Shown piece by piece: positions 1 through 11,357 of a stretch of DNA of 64,000 nucleotides. Numbering within the stretch: position 1 is the stretch's first letter; each line of letters begins with the position of its first letter. The notes below the pieces were generated by a model. It saw only the letters and a list, made by a program, of their open reading frames with translations. It searched no databases and was not told the origin of the DNA. Made by a program: the position numbers and the translations under genes. Origin of the DNA: Octopus sinensis (lineage: Eukaryota); assembly GCF_006345805.1 (NCBI RefSeq), contig NC_043005.1, positions 96,224,001 to 96,288,000 of the forward strand, in the 5' to 3' direction.

Positions 1-534
1 CCTGTGTTATTTATTGTTACCAGAACATTCCTTTATCACACACAGTGAATGACTAAATAGAAATCTAAATCCAATCTCCCATATATTGTTCACAAACTGC
101 ATGATATAAAATCAAGCCAGTCATAGCCAATTTGATCAATTCAGACCATATTTGGAATTTGACCAGTTTTAAATATGCTTAAGGGAATAGGATGTTGGGC
201 TCATAAGGTAGGTAGGTTTGATTCCTGGACTGGCCAATGCCTCATTTTATGCTACTCCAGTCTACTCAGGTGAACATGAGTACCAGCTGAGTACTGACTC
301 AGGTCTCCCTCTCCTTCATCAGTTACATCATTGATGTTTTGCTCCTGGATCAAGGGTGAGAGAGCCGAGAAGGTCTTTATGTCTGCTACAACTAAATTGG
401 TACTTCAAACAATCAGCAGAGTACATGAAACCATGTCATCCACCCTGTGAATGATGGTTAAGTTATTTTAATCATTTAATATTTAGATTACTGTCAAATG
501 TAATGTTTATATAATAGCATTGTTTCAAATCAAT

Positions 535-744
535 TCTTTTGATACCAACTTGACCAAGACTACTTATGGTTCCATAATACAAATTTTGTGTTTTAACGCT
601 TTCTAATTTAAAACTTTTTGTTAAAGTTCCATATTAATTTAATAAGCTTAATAATGACAGAGTTATATCACTAAATTCTTCATAAATTTCAAAATTAATT
701 GCAACAAAGCAGTGTATTTCAACAGAAATATGGTTACAAAAGGG
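535..744. mobile_element. piggyBac-type MITE, same family as 50377-50596
   Basis: Ends tcttttgatacc and ggttacaaaaggg with degenerate TTAA flanks. Confidence 0.65.
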
Positions 745-898
745 TTAGCCATGCATTATCTCAAAGCTTCAATATTTTAATGATACTGTTTATTTTTAGA
801 ATTATATTTTAGTGCACATGTGAGACCGGATCTAGAATATTTGGGCTGAATATGGCCAGTTTAAATGGTAACGAGTAAAATGTAATTGAAAGCCATAC

Positions 899-1051
899 CT
901 TTTGGGGACAGCAGCAAAATTTGCATGAGTATAGCGACTCATCATATCTACACAGGTTTCAGTTAACTCCATGTGAAACTGGTACGTTTTCTCATTGATA
1001 GGCAGGTTAGTTGAAGACTCTTGTAAAGACGATCCATATTTAAAACGCCGC
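899..1051 (-). CDS. TSC2: TSC2 exon (human exon 27 equivalent): RRFKYGSSLQESSTNLPINEKTYQFHMELTETCVDMMSRYTHANFAAVPK(R)
   Basis: aaacag/gtatgg borders, 153 nt, phase 2-2. Matches [27 protein letters not shown]. Confidence 0.96.
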
Positions 1052-3021
1052 CTGTTTACAAGCAGAAAGGAATGAAAACTAATATGTATCTAATTATTCA
1101 ACATAAATCAATAATTTGCATTTTTTGTTTTTCTTCCATTTCATTTTTATTTAGAGAATTAATACAGGAAATAAAAATACACTTTTATTCTTTTACTTGT
1201 TTCAATTGGACTGCATCCAAGCGGGGGCACTACCTTGAAGGGTTTTAGTCAAACAAATCAGCCCCAGGACTTACTCTTATAAGTTCAGTACTTATTCTGT
1301 CAATCTCTTTTGCCAAAAGCAAGGTTACAACATTGGTTGTCAAGCAGTGACAAACAAACACAAAAATACACATACATATATGTATGGTGGGCTTCTAAAC
1401 AGTTTGCATCTACAAGACAAAGCTTGCCCAAGGCTAAGCACTTGCTAAAGATGCTGTATAATGGGATTGAACCCCAAACTACATTGTTGCAAAGCAGACT
1501 TTTTAACCACATGGCCATACCTGCACCTATGTATAATCTTAATTATTTAAATTTCTTCTATTTTAAAATTTATTGCTTTTCATCATCATCATCGTTTAAC
1601 GTCCGCTTTCCATGCTAGCATGGGTTGGATGATTTGACTGAGGACTGGCGAACCAGATGGCTGCACCAGGCTCCAGTTTTGATCTGGCAGAGTTTCTACA
1701 GCTGGATGCCCTTCCTAATGCCAACCATTCCGAGAGTGTTTTTATGTGCCACCAGTACGAGGACTAGTCTGGTGGTACTGGCAACGGCCACGCTCAAATG
1801 GTGTTTTTTATGTGCCACCTGCACAGGAGTCAGTCCAGCGGCACTGGCAATGACCTCGCTCGAATGTTTTGTTCACGTACCAGTAAGGCAAAGCAGGTAA
1901 CGATATATAGCTGAGGGGTCTTGGCTTATAACTGCTGCTGGTGCCATGTAAAAAGCACCCAGTACGCTCTATAAAGTGGTTGACATTAGGAAGGGCATCC
2001 ATCTGTAGAAACCATGCCAAAGCAGATATTGGAGCTTGGCAACAGTTTTCTGACTTGCCAGCTTCTGTCAAACCATGAAACCCATGCCAATATGGAACGA
2101 AAATGTTAAATGATGATGATGTCTGTCACTGATGGAACTTCAGTCAGTTTTGGAAATCAACAATCAGTTGTCTGATTAGCTGAATGGCTAATTAGATTAA
2201 CACATAAGTGGCAGAATATTCCACAAGCATGAACACACTTAATACACCAAATCAGTGTGACAGCTCGACTTTTAAATTAAAGATACAATTCAGTCAACAG
2301 GCTTCCATGCAGTTTCCATCTGTCCATAATTCACTTGCAAGGCTTGGGTCAACATGAGGCTATTGTAAACAAACTTGTCCAAGATGCTACACAGTGGGGT
2401 TGAAAACAGGATCCTATGATTGCAAAGTGAACTTCTGAACCACTCTGCCATACCTGCAGCCACAGATTTGCCATTCCTGTATGAAGATTGTACAGTTAAT
2501 TTTTCAATACTGTTCAGTGAGACAGACATATTTAACTCTCAAATGACCCAAACCACTTAGTAGATGTGCTTCATGGGGTCGAAATAGGTTATTAATGTAA
2601 ACAGTAGTAGCACTGTAAAATTGGTGAGTGTTTCATTAGAACAGGACTTAATTCAACTCTTTTATATATCTCTCTCTCTCACTCTATCTATTTATATCAT
2701 GGACTCTCCTGTCATTAGATGATGTATGCAGGTTCTGCAATTTCACCTGTGTGCTGAACAACCACACAGATGATTTGTTTATAGTGGTCAAATGCTTGTG
2801 TTCACATAAGCCTGCTCTCTCCATCACATTGTTAATACCCATACAGCTACATGATGTGCCACATGTTAGATGATGAAATGATTGTAGAGCAACATGAAAT
2901 GCAGTGTTTCGCTCGAGAAGACAACACAATGCCCAGTCTGGGGATTGAAACCATGTCTTACCATCTTGACTGCAACACCCTAACCACTAAGCCATGCATT
3001 GTCATCAATGAATGAATGAAT

Positions 3022-3052
3022 GTATGTGTGTGTGTGTGTGCATTTATATATA

Positions 3053-3106
<54 letters not shown>
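3022..3106. repeat. (TG)n/(TA)n microsatellite
   Basis: Seen directly. Confidence 0.97.
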
Positions 3107-3116
<10 letters not shown>

Positions 3117-3582
3117 TATCATCATCATTGTTTAACGTTCGCTTTCCATGCTAGCATGGGTTGGACGACGTGACTGAGGGCTGGCGAGCCAGACGGCTGC
3201 ACCAGGCTCCAATCTAGATCTGGCAGAGTTTCTACAGCTGGATGCCCTTCCTAACGCCAACCACTCCGAGAGTGGTATATATATATATATTCACACATAT
3301 ATATTTTAATTTTCAATAGTTTTCTAAACTGCTTACATCAAATTTCACTCACAAGGTCTGAAACCACCCAGGGCTATGTTAGAAGACACTTGCTTGAGGT
3401 ATCACACAGTGGGAATGAACCCTGGACAATGTGGTTGTAAAATGAACTTCTTAACCTCCCACACAGTGAAGCCTGCCAAGACAAAGTCTGTCATGATGCC
3501 TTAATGGCCCTACAGCTCAGAGGATGATTCATCAATGTTAAATATCCGTTAAAGCTTTCCTTTCAGACAATATAAATCTTAC

Positions 3583-3725
3583 CTTGTTTTATCTGCAGAT
3601 TCACAACTTCCTGCACGAGCTCGGATGGCACTGTTACTGCTCCCTGGGCTGTGACTAGTATCACAGTTCTTTAATCTTTGCTTGGCATTTTCTTCAAATT
3701 CTTGCTGTACATATCTACTCAAGCT
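3583..3725 (-). CDS. TSC2: TSC2 exon (human exon 25 equivalent): SLSRYVQQEFEENAKQRLKNCDTSHSPGSSNSAIRARAGSCESADKT(R)
   Basis: ttgtag/gtaaga borders, 143 nt, phase 0-2. RARAGS corresponds to human RARSTS (S939). Confidence 0.92.
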
Positions 3726-4007
3726 CTACAAAACACATGCACAAAATTATAATTAAAAAAAAAAATTTTTTATGAAATTTAAATTCTAAGGTAATAGGAA
3801 TAATTTTTTATGAGAAATTTTTTCTTACAAATTCAGAAATTTGTTACTACATAGATCATTTACCTACGTATTACTCTCTATCTCATTAAGAACAATTAAG
3901 TTAATCAATAATTTAGTCAGATATATATTTTGGATATATCATCAACATGATCATCATCATATTCATTATTATTGAATTATTTAATTGGAAAAGAACTATC
4001 AACTTAC

Positions 4008-4110
4008 TTTCTGGACATACTTTACAAAATGCCACCTCCACTCAACCCGACAGTGAGTAAACCAAGCAGCTATCACATGATATGCTAATGAGACCATAAA
4101 ATGACTGAAT
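4008..4110 (-). CDS. TSC2: TSC2 exon (human exon 24 equivalent): FSHFMVSLAYHVIAAWFTHCRVEWRWHFVKYVQK
   Basis: gattag/gtaagt borders, 103 nt. Matches [34 protein letters not shown]. Confidence 0.97.
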
Positions 4111-5055
4111 CTAATCAAGTAAAGATGAAATAAAGAGGAATTAAATTACAATCATAATTATACAGCAAACTGTAAAAAAAAAAAAAAAACCAACAAAAAC
4201 AAAAAAATATAATCAACTATTGCAGGGAATGAAAAGACTACAAGAAATGTGGAAAACAACAATTGCGACTGGGAGTAAGAGAGATTTAATAGAAATTGAT
4301 AATCAAGATAAAAGGAAGGTTGACTGTGAAAAGCACAAGGGTTATTGCTCTCACTAAAGAGGGACATAAGTGTTATGGGGGGAGACATTGAGAGAGATTA
4401 TATTTTGACCCCCTCACTTGTCAAAATAAGCAATGTGTGTTTATCACGTCCACTCTTTCCAAGGGTTAAGATCTATTTAGACAGTACTCTACAGCTTCAC
4501 GCCTTTCCTGTTGCCGACCTTTACTTGTTTTTTTTTTTGTTTGTTTTCAAGTAAGGTATTTTTTATTCCTATGGGCCTCACACAGAAACCAACAAAATTA
4601 CTGAACAGAAGTCTGTATAATTTATAGATGGAAACAGAGCAGCACTGCTCAGTGTTAGTCTGAAACCCATAGAAACAAATACTAATGCATACATGCATTC
4701 ATGCTTACACATACAAATGCATATACAAATATATTACAAAGTGCTTCCATACAGTTTCCATCAACCAAACTTCACTCACAAGACATTGGTCAGTCTGAGG
4801 TGTCCAAGGTGCCACATTGTATGACAGAACCTGAAACAGCTGTGTGGTTACTTGCAAATTAAAATTCATAACCACTAAGTGGGATTGATTTCCAAATCAA
4901 CAGAAATAGTTTCACCAGAAAAATGAAGTCAATGCATTTTCTATCTTTTACATCAGCATTTCTAGACAATTTTTACAACTGATTGATAATTAGATTTAAA
5001 TTGAAATAATGATATATCAAATTTTACAAAAATGTGAGAAATGGATAAAACTTAC

Positions 5056-5149
5056 TTAAAGGGATTTGTATAAGGCATTGCAATAGCAAAAATGCTCAAA
5101 TACTGGTCAGAAGTAAAACTCATATACAGATTAGGAAAACGAACAATTG
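5056..5149 (-). CDS. TSC2: TSC2 exon (human exon 23 equivalent): IVRFPNLYMSFTSDQYLSIFAIAMPYTNPF(K)
   Basis: tcacag/gtaagt borders, 94 nt. Matches [31 protein letters not shown]. Confidence 0.97.
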
Positions 5150-5244
5150 CTGTGAAAAGAAAGGAAAAAGAAATTGAAAATATCAGCTTTAAATTGGCAT
5201 ACACAAACTAAAATATAAATCTAATTAAATTATAACGAAGCTTA

Positions 5245-5452
5245 CAAGGGGATGCTGAAAAGTTTTTGGCTTTAAGAGTATCACAAAAGGCCCAAACTTC
5301 TGAATTCTTTTACAGGGCTTAGAAAAACTGAAAGGCTGTTGCAAAAAGTGTGTGAATCTGAGAAGAGAATATGTTGAATAAAATCATAATTAATTGATCC
5401 TCCTACATTTTCTTTTTTTATCCAAAGCCAGGACCTTTTCAATGCTCCTTCA
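5245..5452 (+). mobile_element. Mariner-derived MITE (208 bp)
   Basis: TA-flanked imperfect TIRs (caaggggatgctgaaaagtttttggcttt / aaagccaggaccttttcaatgctccttca). An internal remnant of the transposase C-terminus reads GLEKLKGCCKKCVNLRREYVE*. Confidence 0.8.
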
Positions 5453-5779
5453 TAGTGTTAGTTGCTGTGAAAGTTGCAACATTCTTTTCTCTGCTCTCAC
5501 TTATTGTAATACACTGCTTTATTTGGTACTTCCTCCTATTTCTTATTCTCTGGTTTCAGTTTTTTGGCCATGGCTATGACAGAGTACTGCCTGCTCATCT
5601 ATAGTTGAATATATTAATGTCAGTACTTATTTCATCAACTGGTACTTATTTTATGGACCTCAGATGGTTAAAAGCCAAAGTGAACTTCTGCACACAATGT
5701 ATTTTGTCCAACACTTTACCAATTATGCTGTCTACCAGCCATTAAAAGAAATAAAAGAATCAAGGTTTCTCTTGACATC

Positions 5780-6250
5780 ACCTAGCAACAGGAATTATCT
5801 TTCAAAGAAGCACAGGCTTCATAGAGGAAGAAAAAGGTCTTTGTGGATAAGTATTCAGTTGGTGATGCGGTTGGTATCATCATCAATATTTTGGTATATC
5901 CTTAACAGAATTCCAATTCCATTTAAGTCACCACTTCTCACGGATAGTCTTTTGGTCTTTCTTAGGAGGAAAATTGTCAGATAGCAGTGTATCACTAGAT
6001 GACTGGATGGTTGCCTGTATGCCACACACGCATTAAGAAACTGTTCCAAAGAGTCCTTGAATCTCTCCAAGTGAGTCCCTTTGGCACATTATCCAGTGAG
6101 TAGTTCTAGGTGTAGGTGAGTTATGCTTCTTGAGTGTAGGTCGTATTCTGCATCATAGAACTTAGAGGAACATAGCTGAATTTAGGAGAAAGTGTTACCT
6201 TCGAGAATTGTACTGAAGGCAGTATTGATGGAAACAGCAAGTCACCATTA
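5780..6250 (-). mobile_element. Probable Penelope-like RT remnant
   Basis: Degenerate ..KGT(H)LERF..LEQFL and LLRIYQNIDDD segments resemble the PLE RT motifs GxAMG...LExxFL and YxRYIDD. Confidence 0.4.
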
Positions 6251-6779
6251 ATTTAGTTTTATACTGTAGAACATTCATACATCAGAGTTATCACCACAGA
6301 ATTTAGTACAATACAGCAAATGATAGTCATTGATTCATAGTAAATAGTGAACACTGCAGTGTGTTGTTTATACAAACAGTTTTAATACAAAGATGAACCA
6401 ATTTCACTTTGCTTATGCTATTATTAACTGTCATGGAGGAAGTGTGAAAATCACAAAATTTAAAATTATGCTTATTCAAAAAAACTTATAAATCAATATG
6501 ACATCAGCTATCAATCAATACATTCCACAGTAATAATCTATATTCAAAAGCATGTCATTTTTCAAACCAGAATGTCAAGATTTTGAGAGAATATCTCCCA
6601 CCCCACACACATGTATGCATGTGCTTATATATACATATCTGTATGAGTATGTGCATGTGTGGATACATGTGTGTGCATGTGTGGATATATGTGTGCGTGT
6701 GTGCATGTGCATGTGGACACACAAATACATACACACAGAAAACAAATTCTGAGAGGAAACGTTGAGATGTTCTACTTAC

Positions 6780-6969
6780 TTGATAAAAAGGTAAGTACAG
6801 GAATTCCCATATAGATAGTGGAAGAAATTTTACTAAGAGAAAGGATGATATCTGGGAGAAACCTCGTCATGGCATCAGGCATCTCAAAGGCACACATTCG
6901 AAGTGCATTCATACACAGCTGAGGACACCTTGACACCAGACCTATCTTAAAGCAGTTTATTAATTCCAT
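6780..6969 (-). CDS. TSC2: TSC2 exon (human exon 22 equivalent): MELINCFKIGLVSRCPQLCMNALRMCAFEMPDAMTRFLPDIILSLSKISSTIYMGIPVLTFLS(T)
   Basis: ttacag/gtaagt borders, 190 nt exactly as in human. Matches [35 protein letters not shown]. Confidence 0.97.
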
Positions 6970-7688
6970 CTGTAATTGAAAGAAAATGGATATTAAAAAT
7001 TGGCAAAGAACTGAATGAAACAAAATTTCTCTCTCTCTTACTTTTCTACCATAGCCTTAGATTGGCCAGTATGTTGTAAGTGGGCTTTAATAAATAGACA
7101 TTATGTAGTAGTATACCCTGTCATCATCATAATTTTAATGCTCACATTTCCATGAGTCATACAGAAAACACTGAGGCAGATTTTCTGCTACTGGATGCCC
7201 TTCCAGTCACCAACCCTCAACTGTTCCTATGCAAGCTAATATTTCCCTATGGCCTGATATGTTTTTCATGGAAGACTGAAAACACACATCATTACTTGTA
7301 TGATGGTAATATTCAATTAGAACTCAATAAAATAAGTACCAGTTAAACACTGGGGTCAATATAATTGACTAACTCACTCCCCCAAAATTACTGGTCTTGT
7401 GCCAAAATTTGAAACCAATATTCAATTAGAACCATCATGTGATGTCAGGCCAAAGAGACACACACAACACACACACACACATATATATATGCAAATTTTT
7501 GCAACTTTTAATAAAGCCTGTCTTTGTATGAAACGATTGTACTAAAAACTTATCCATTCTTGTTGCTTCTTTCTCGCTTATAATCACCCCACATTACTGT
7601 ATGGTTAAAACCGTATAGTTTTTTGGTGCATCTAAGTTAGGTACCATATTCAAGTAAATTCATTAAAATTGACTTGAATCTTTATTGC

Positions 7689-7723
<35 letters not shown>

Positions 7724-8392
7724 TCATAGTTTAACATCTGTTTTCCATGCTAGCATGGGTTGGACGGTTTGACCGGGGTCTGGAAAGCCAGGAGGCTACA
7801 CCAGGCTCCAGTCTGATCTGACAGTGTTTCTACAGCTGGATGCCCTTCCCAACACCAACCACTCCGTAAGTGTAGTGGGTGCTTTTTACGTGCCACCGGA
7901 TCAGGGGCCAGAGGAGGCTGGTAACATCCATGATCGGCTGGTGCTTTTTACGACAGGTTTCTTTACATTTCTGTCGACCAAATCCACTCAAAAGGATTTG
8001 GTCAGCCCAGGGTTATAGTAGAAGGTACTTGCCTACAGTGCTGTGCAGTGGAACTAAACTCTGCAAGCTTCTTAAGCACACAGCCATGTCCATGCATATA
8101 TAAGGGATGAGCAAAGGATAGAAACATTGGTGAGAAATCTACAAATCCATTGCATTTCTCATAATGAAATAAGATGGGACTCAAGCCTAACTTTTGTTGT
8201 AACTTCATCTCCCAGAATATTTTCTTTAATCTGCTTTTATCATAAGTATCAAAAGACAATGCAAACCTTTCTGGTTACTTATAAAGAAATAAAGAAAGAA
8301 AGAAAATAACCACAGAAATAAGGTGTAAATGGTGAGAAAGAAAAGAATGCAGGTAACAATGAAGGAAAGATTTTCTGTTAATACATATATAC

Positions 8393-8533
8393 CTGTCGAG
8401 ATCTTTGTAAATCACTCTGGTAAGTTACTATGGCACTGAGGACAGGAAATACCGCAGCTTGGAAATCAGATGTAGTAAACTTGGACGGGCTTTTTATTAA
8501 TTTTCTAGGTAAACCCAGATTACGGTCTGTGAT
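8393..8533 (-). CDS. TSC2: TSC2 exon (human exon 21 equivalent): ITDRNLGLPRKLIKSPSKFTTSDFQAAVFPVLSAIVTYQSDLQRSRQ
   Basis: ccttag/gtatat borders, 141 nt. Matches [30 protein letters not shown]. Confidence 0.95.
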
Positions 8534-10061
8534 CTAAGGAAAAAAAACAGTTTGAAATGGAACAATAGTGAAGATATTGAATAGCAACTGTAATAAAATT
8601 AATATTTAAATAAAACAGTTTGAATTTTTAAAAAATAAGATGTTTTATCATTTTTCTCTTTTATAAAATAAATTTCAGTTTTGTTAAAAAAAATATTGAA
8701 AATAAAAATTAATTAAAATAAAGAGGTGAGAGGAATGAGTGCAGAATTTTATTGCCTTTTATTTTTTACTTGTTTGCCATTGGAGTGTAGCCATGCTGGG
8801 GCATCACCTGGAAGAGTTTTATTCAAATATATTGACCCCAGTACTTAAGCCTGGTACTTATTCTATTGGTCTATTATGCCAAACCACTAAGTCACAGGGA
8901 TGTAAACAAACCATCACTAGCAGCCAAGCAGTGGAGAATGAAACAAACACAGACTCAAACATGATGCGTTTCCATACAGTTTCCATCTACCAAATTCACT
9001 CACAAGGCATTGATTGGCCTGGGGTTATATTAGGTTGTTCAGAAAGTTCTGAGCATTTTTTAATATGCAAAAAGGGATATAAACAATTAACCTTTCAATA
9101 AATTTCCATTATTATTAATGACCTTTGCCCATCTATCAGGCAATTTAAATTGTGTTACGTTTCAGATGTGTCCAATGAAGTGTTAATAGATTTAGCTTAA
9201 AAATGCTCAGAACTTTCCAGACAACCTAATAGTAGAAGATGCTTGCCCAAGGTGCTGTGCAGTGGGACAGAACCCAAAACCATGTGGTTGGGAAGCGAGC
9301 TTCTTAACCATACAACCTCCTGAGCTTGTGAAACATTTTAAATTTGGGACAAATCCATACATTTTATAAGTTTAAAAGAAGGATTACAGGCAGTTGAATT
9401 AACATCAATATAATAACTAGTTCCTATTTTGCTGACCACAGAACGGGATGAAATCAAATACTATAAGGTATTTAAGTTCATTACCCAACAGAGTCTGCCA
9501 TCCTACCCAAATATCTTTAGGTTATAGAGAACTACAATGAGACACCATATATTTTCTCTGAAGAAGACATACTTAATGCACATGGCTTTGCCAAGAGATA
9601 TGAATTGTGAAAAGTAACAGAAATATTTTTTAAAACTGTTATGAGAGGAAAAGTAGTGAGATTCATAAAATGGTTTCAAGCAGGGATTGTTGCTGTTTAG
9701 CCCCAGGTCATCCCCAAACAAAGGCATTCCAGATCTTTTGTCAATGTGCAGGGAACCTACAACCACACCATCTAATGTCTTCTTTTCTAGAAATGTGATG
9801 TGTGATTTACAGGAGATTTGGTTGCTATTTCTAGCAGGTCAAGTGACCATGTAGGGGAACTAGAAGCAGTTGTAGAAGTAATCCAAAGAAGCTGTTCATT
9901 TGTGAACTAGTGATGGAAGTATGGAGTTGGTGAGTGAAATTTTGCTAAATAAGAAATAAATCAAATCTCAATGAAATGATGTAGAAGAAAGAAGTGTGTC
10001 TTGAAATAAGAATATTTTCTGGCCCAAAACTGGTACAAATGAGCTAAAAAGTAATACTTAC

Positions 10062-10187
10062 TAAATTGCAGAGACTGTGGCACAGCAAATCAATCAATTG
10101 TCCTCTCTCAGACAGAACTAAAGTTTTATTTCGTAATAAGTTTGGGAAAAGATTCAAAAAACATTTCCACACATTCCAATCCCTTTC
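10062..10187 (-). CDS. TSC2: TSC2 exon (human exon 20 equivalent): ERDWNVWKCFLNLFPNLLRNKTLVLSERGQLIDLLCHSLCNL
   Basis: ctttag/gtaagt borders, 126 nt. Matches [25 protein letters not shown]...LCSALCSM. Confidence 0.95.
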
Positions 10188-11224
10188 CTAAAGATGAAAA
10201 AAAAAGAAAAACAGATAAAGTGATTCGTTATTTATGGTTTGCAGTTAAAAAAACATTTTGTTATTACATAAACAGTCATATTTTGAACAGCAGTCATGTA
10301 ATTTCCTTAATTAGTAACAAATATATATGTGTGTGTGTTTGTGTATTGAAACAAAAAGTTAAATTCTGGTCATGGAGTTACCAATAGTTTTGCGTCCACA
10401 AAAACCACAGTCTTGTAGATATATACATGTATGTATACATGCATGTACATATGTGCTGGTGCATGGCCAAGATCATACGATTGCAAGGTCATACTTCTGA
10501 TTCCCAGAGCAGCTGGTGCATTGTGTTCTAGAGCAAAACGCTTCACTTCACACTGCTCCATGATTGCTTCAGCACCTGATATGTAGGTGGACACGCAAAG
10601 TCAATTTGATGGCGGAAGTAAGACAATGTACAGCACAAACATTTGACTCCTTCTTCAAAGATTTCCTCAGTTATAAAATTGTTTTAACCGTTTTACTGTG
10701 TAAATTGAATATATCTGCTCACAATTTCATTACCTTTAACTGTTGAAAGCAGTTTCATTTACCAGTCTATCTTTTGCTGAAAACAGCAACATGTTTGAAG
10801 CTATTTTCTATTGAGATGTCAATTTTATTGAGGCAACACAACTTGCAGAAAATACCAACTCTGTTTTTTAGTAGATATTTAACATAATTTGTGGAATAAC
10901 CATGAAATTTAATTTTGTAGTTAAAGTGTTTAAAATGTTTGATATAAACAAAAATACTACTAAAATACACATTATTATATATGTAACTTGGTGACCAAAA
11001 TTTTAAGAAAACTCCATAAAATCATCAACTTTTTTGAAAAAAAAACAAGGATTTTTTTGTTGTTATTTATGAAGTAAGTATCATAATGTCTTTTTCACTC
11101 AATTATTTCAAAGATGGTATTCATTTAAAACAAATTTAAGAAGCAAAAAAAAAAAAAAAATACTGGTAAACGATTTTGCTTTTAAGGTTCGTTAATAATT
11201 GAAGCAAATGCAAACATTACTTAC

Positions 11225-11357
11225 ATGCTTCAGACAATCACTAAAAAGTAGCAGGGTTTGTGAAAAATCAATAACAGATACTGAATTCTGAACAGATAAT
11301 GCTGAAGCTTGGTGGGTGGGTGTTGCAGGTGGGCTTCGATTTATCCCATACTGTTGG
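11225..11357 (-). CDS. TSC2: TSC2 exon (human exon 19 equivalent): QQYGINRSPPATPTHQASALSVQNSVSVIDFSQTLLLFSDCLKH
   Basis: ttccag/gtaagt borders, 133 nt, phase 2-0. An SPP-containing linker is followed by a match to VPYSLLFRVLLQCLKQ. Confidence 0.91.

Noticed and set aside
295-322. CTGATGA-AGG..CCT hammerhead-like motif on the minus strand
   Set aside because: It is followed by GAGT rather than GAAA, has no stem I/III, and lies within a SINE remnant.
1625-1900. Recurrent ORFs containing LQLDALPNANH or WMPFLMPT (also 7824, 13466, 15694, 18224, 32083, 35657, 53434)
   Set aside because: These are chance frames through the non-coding RTE 3' UTR repeat, not a gene family.
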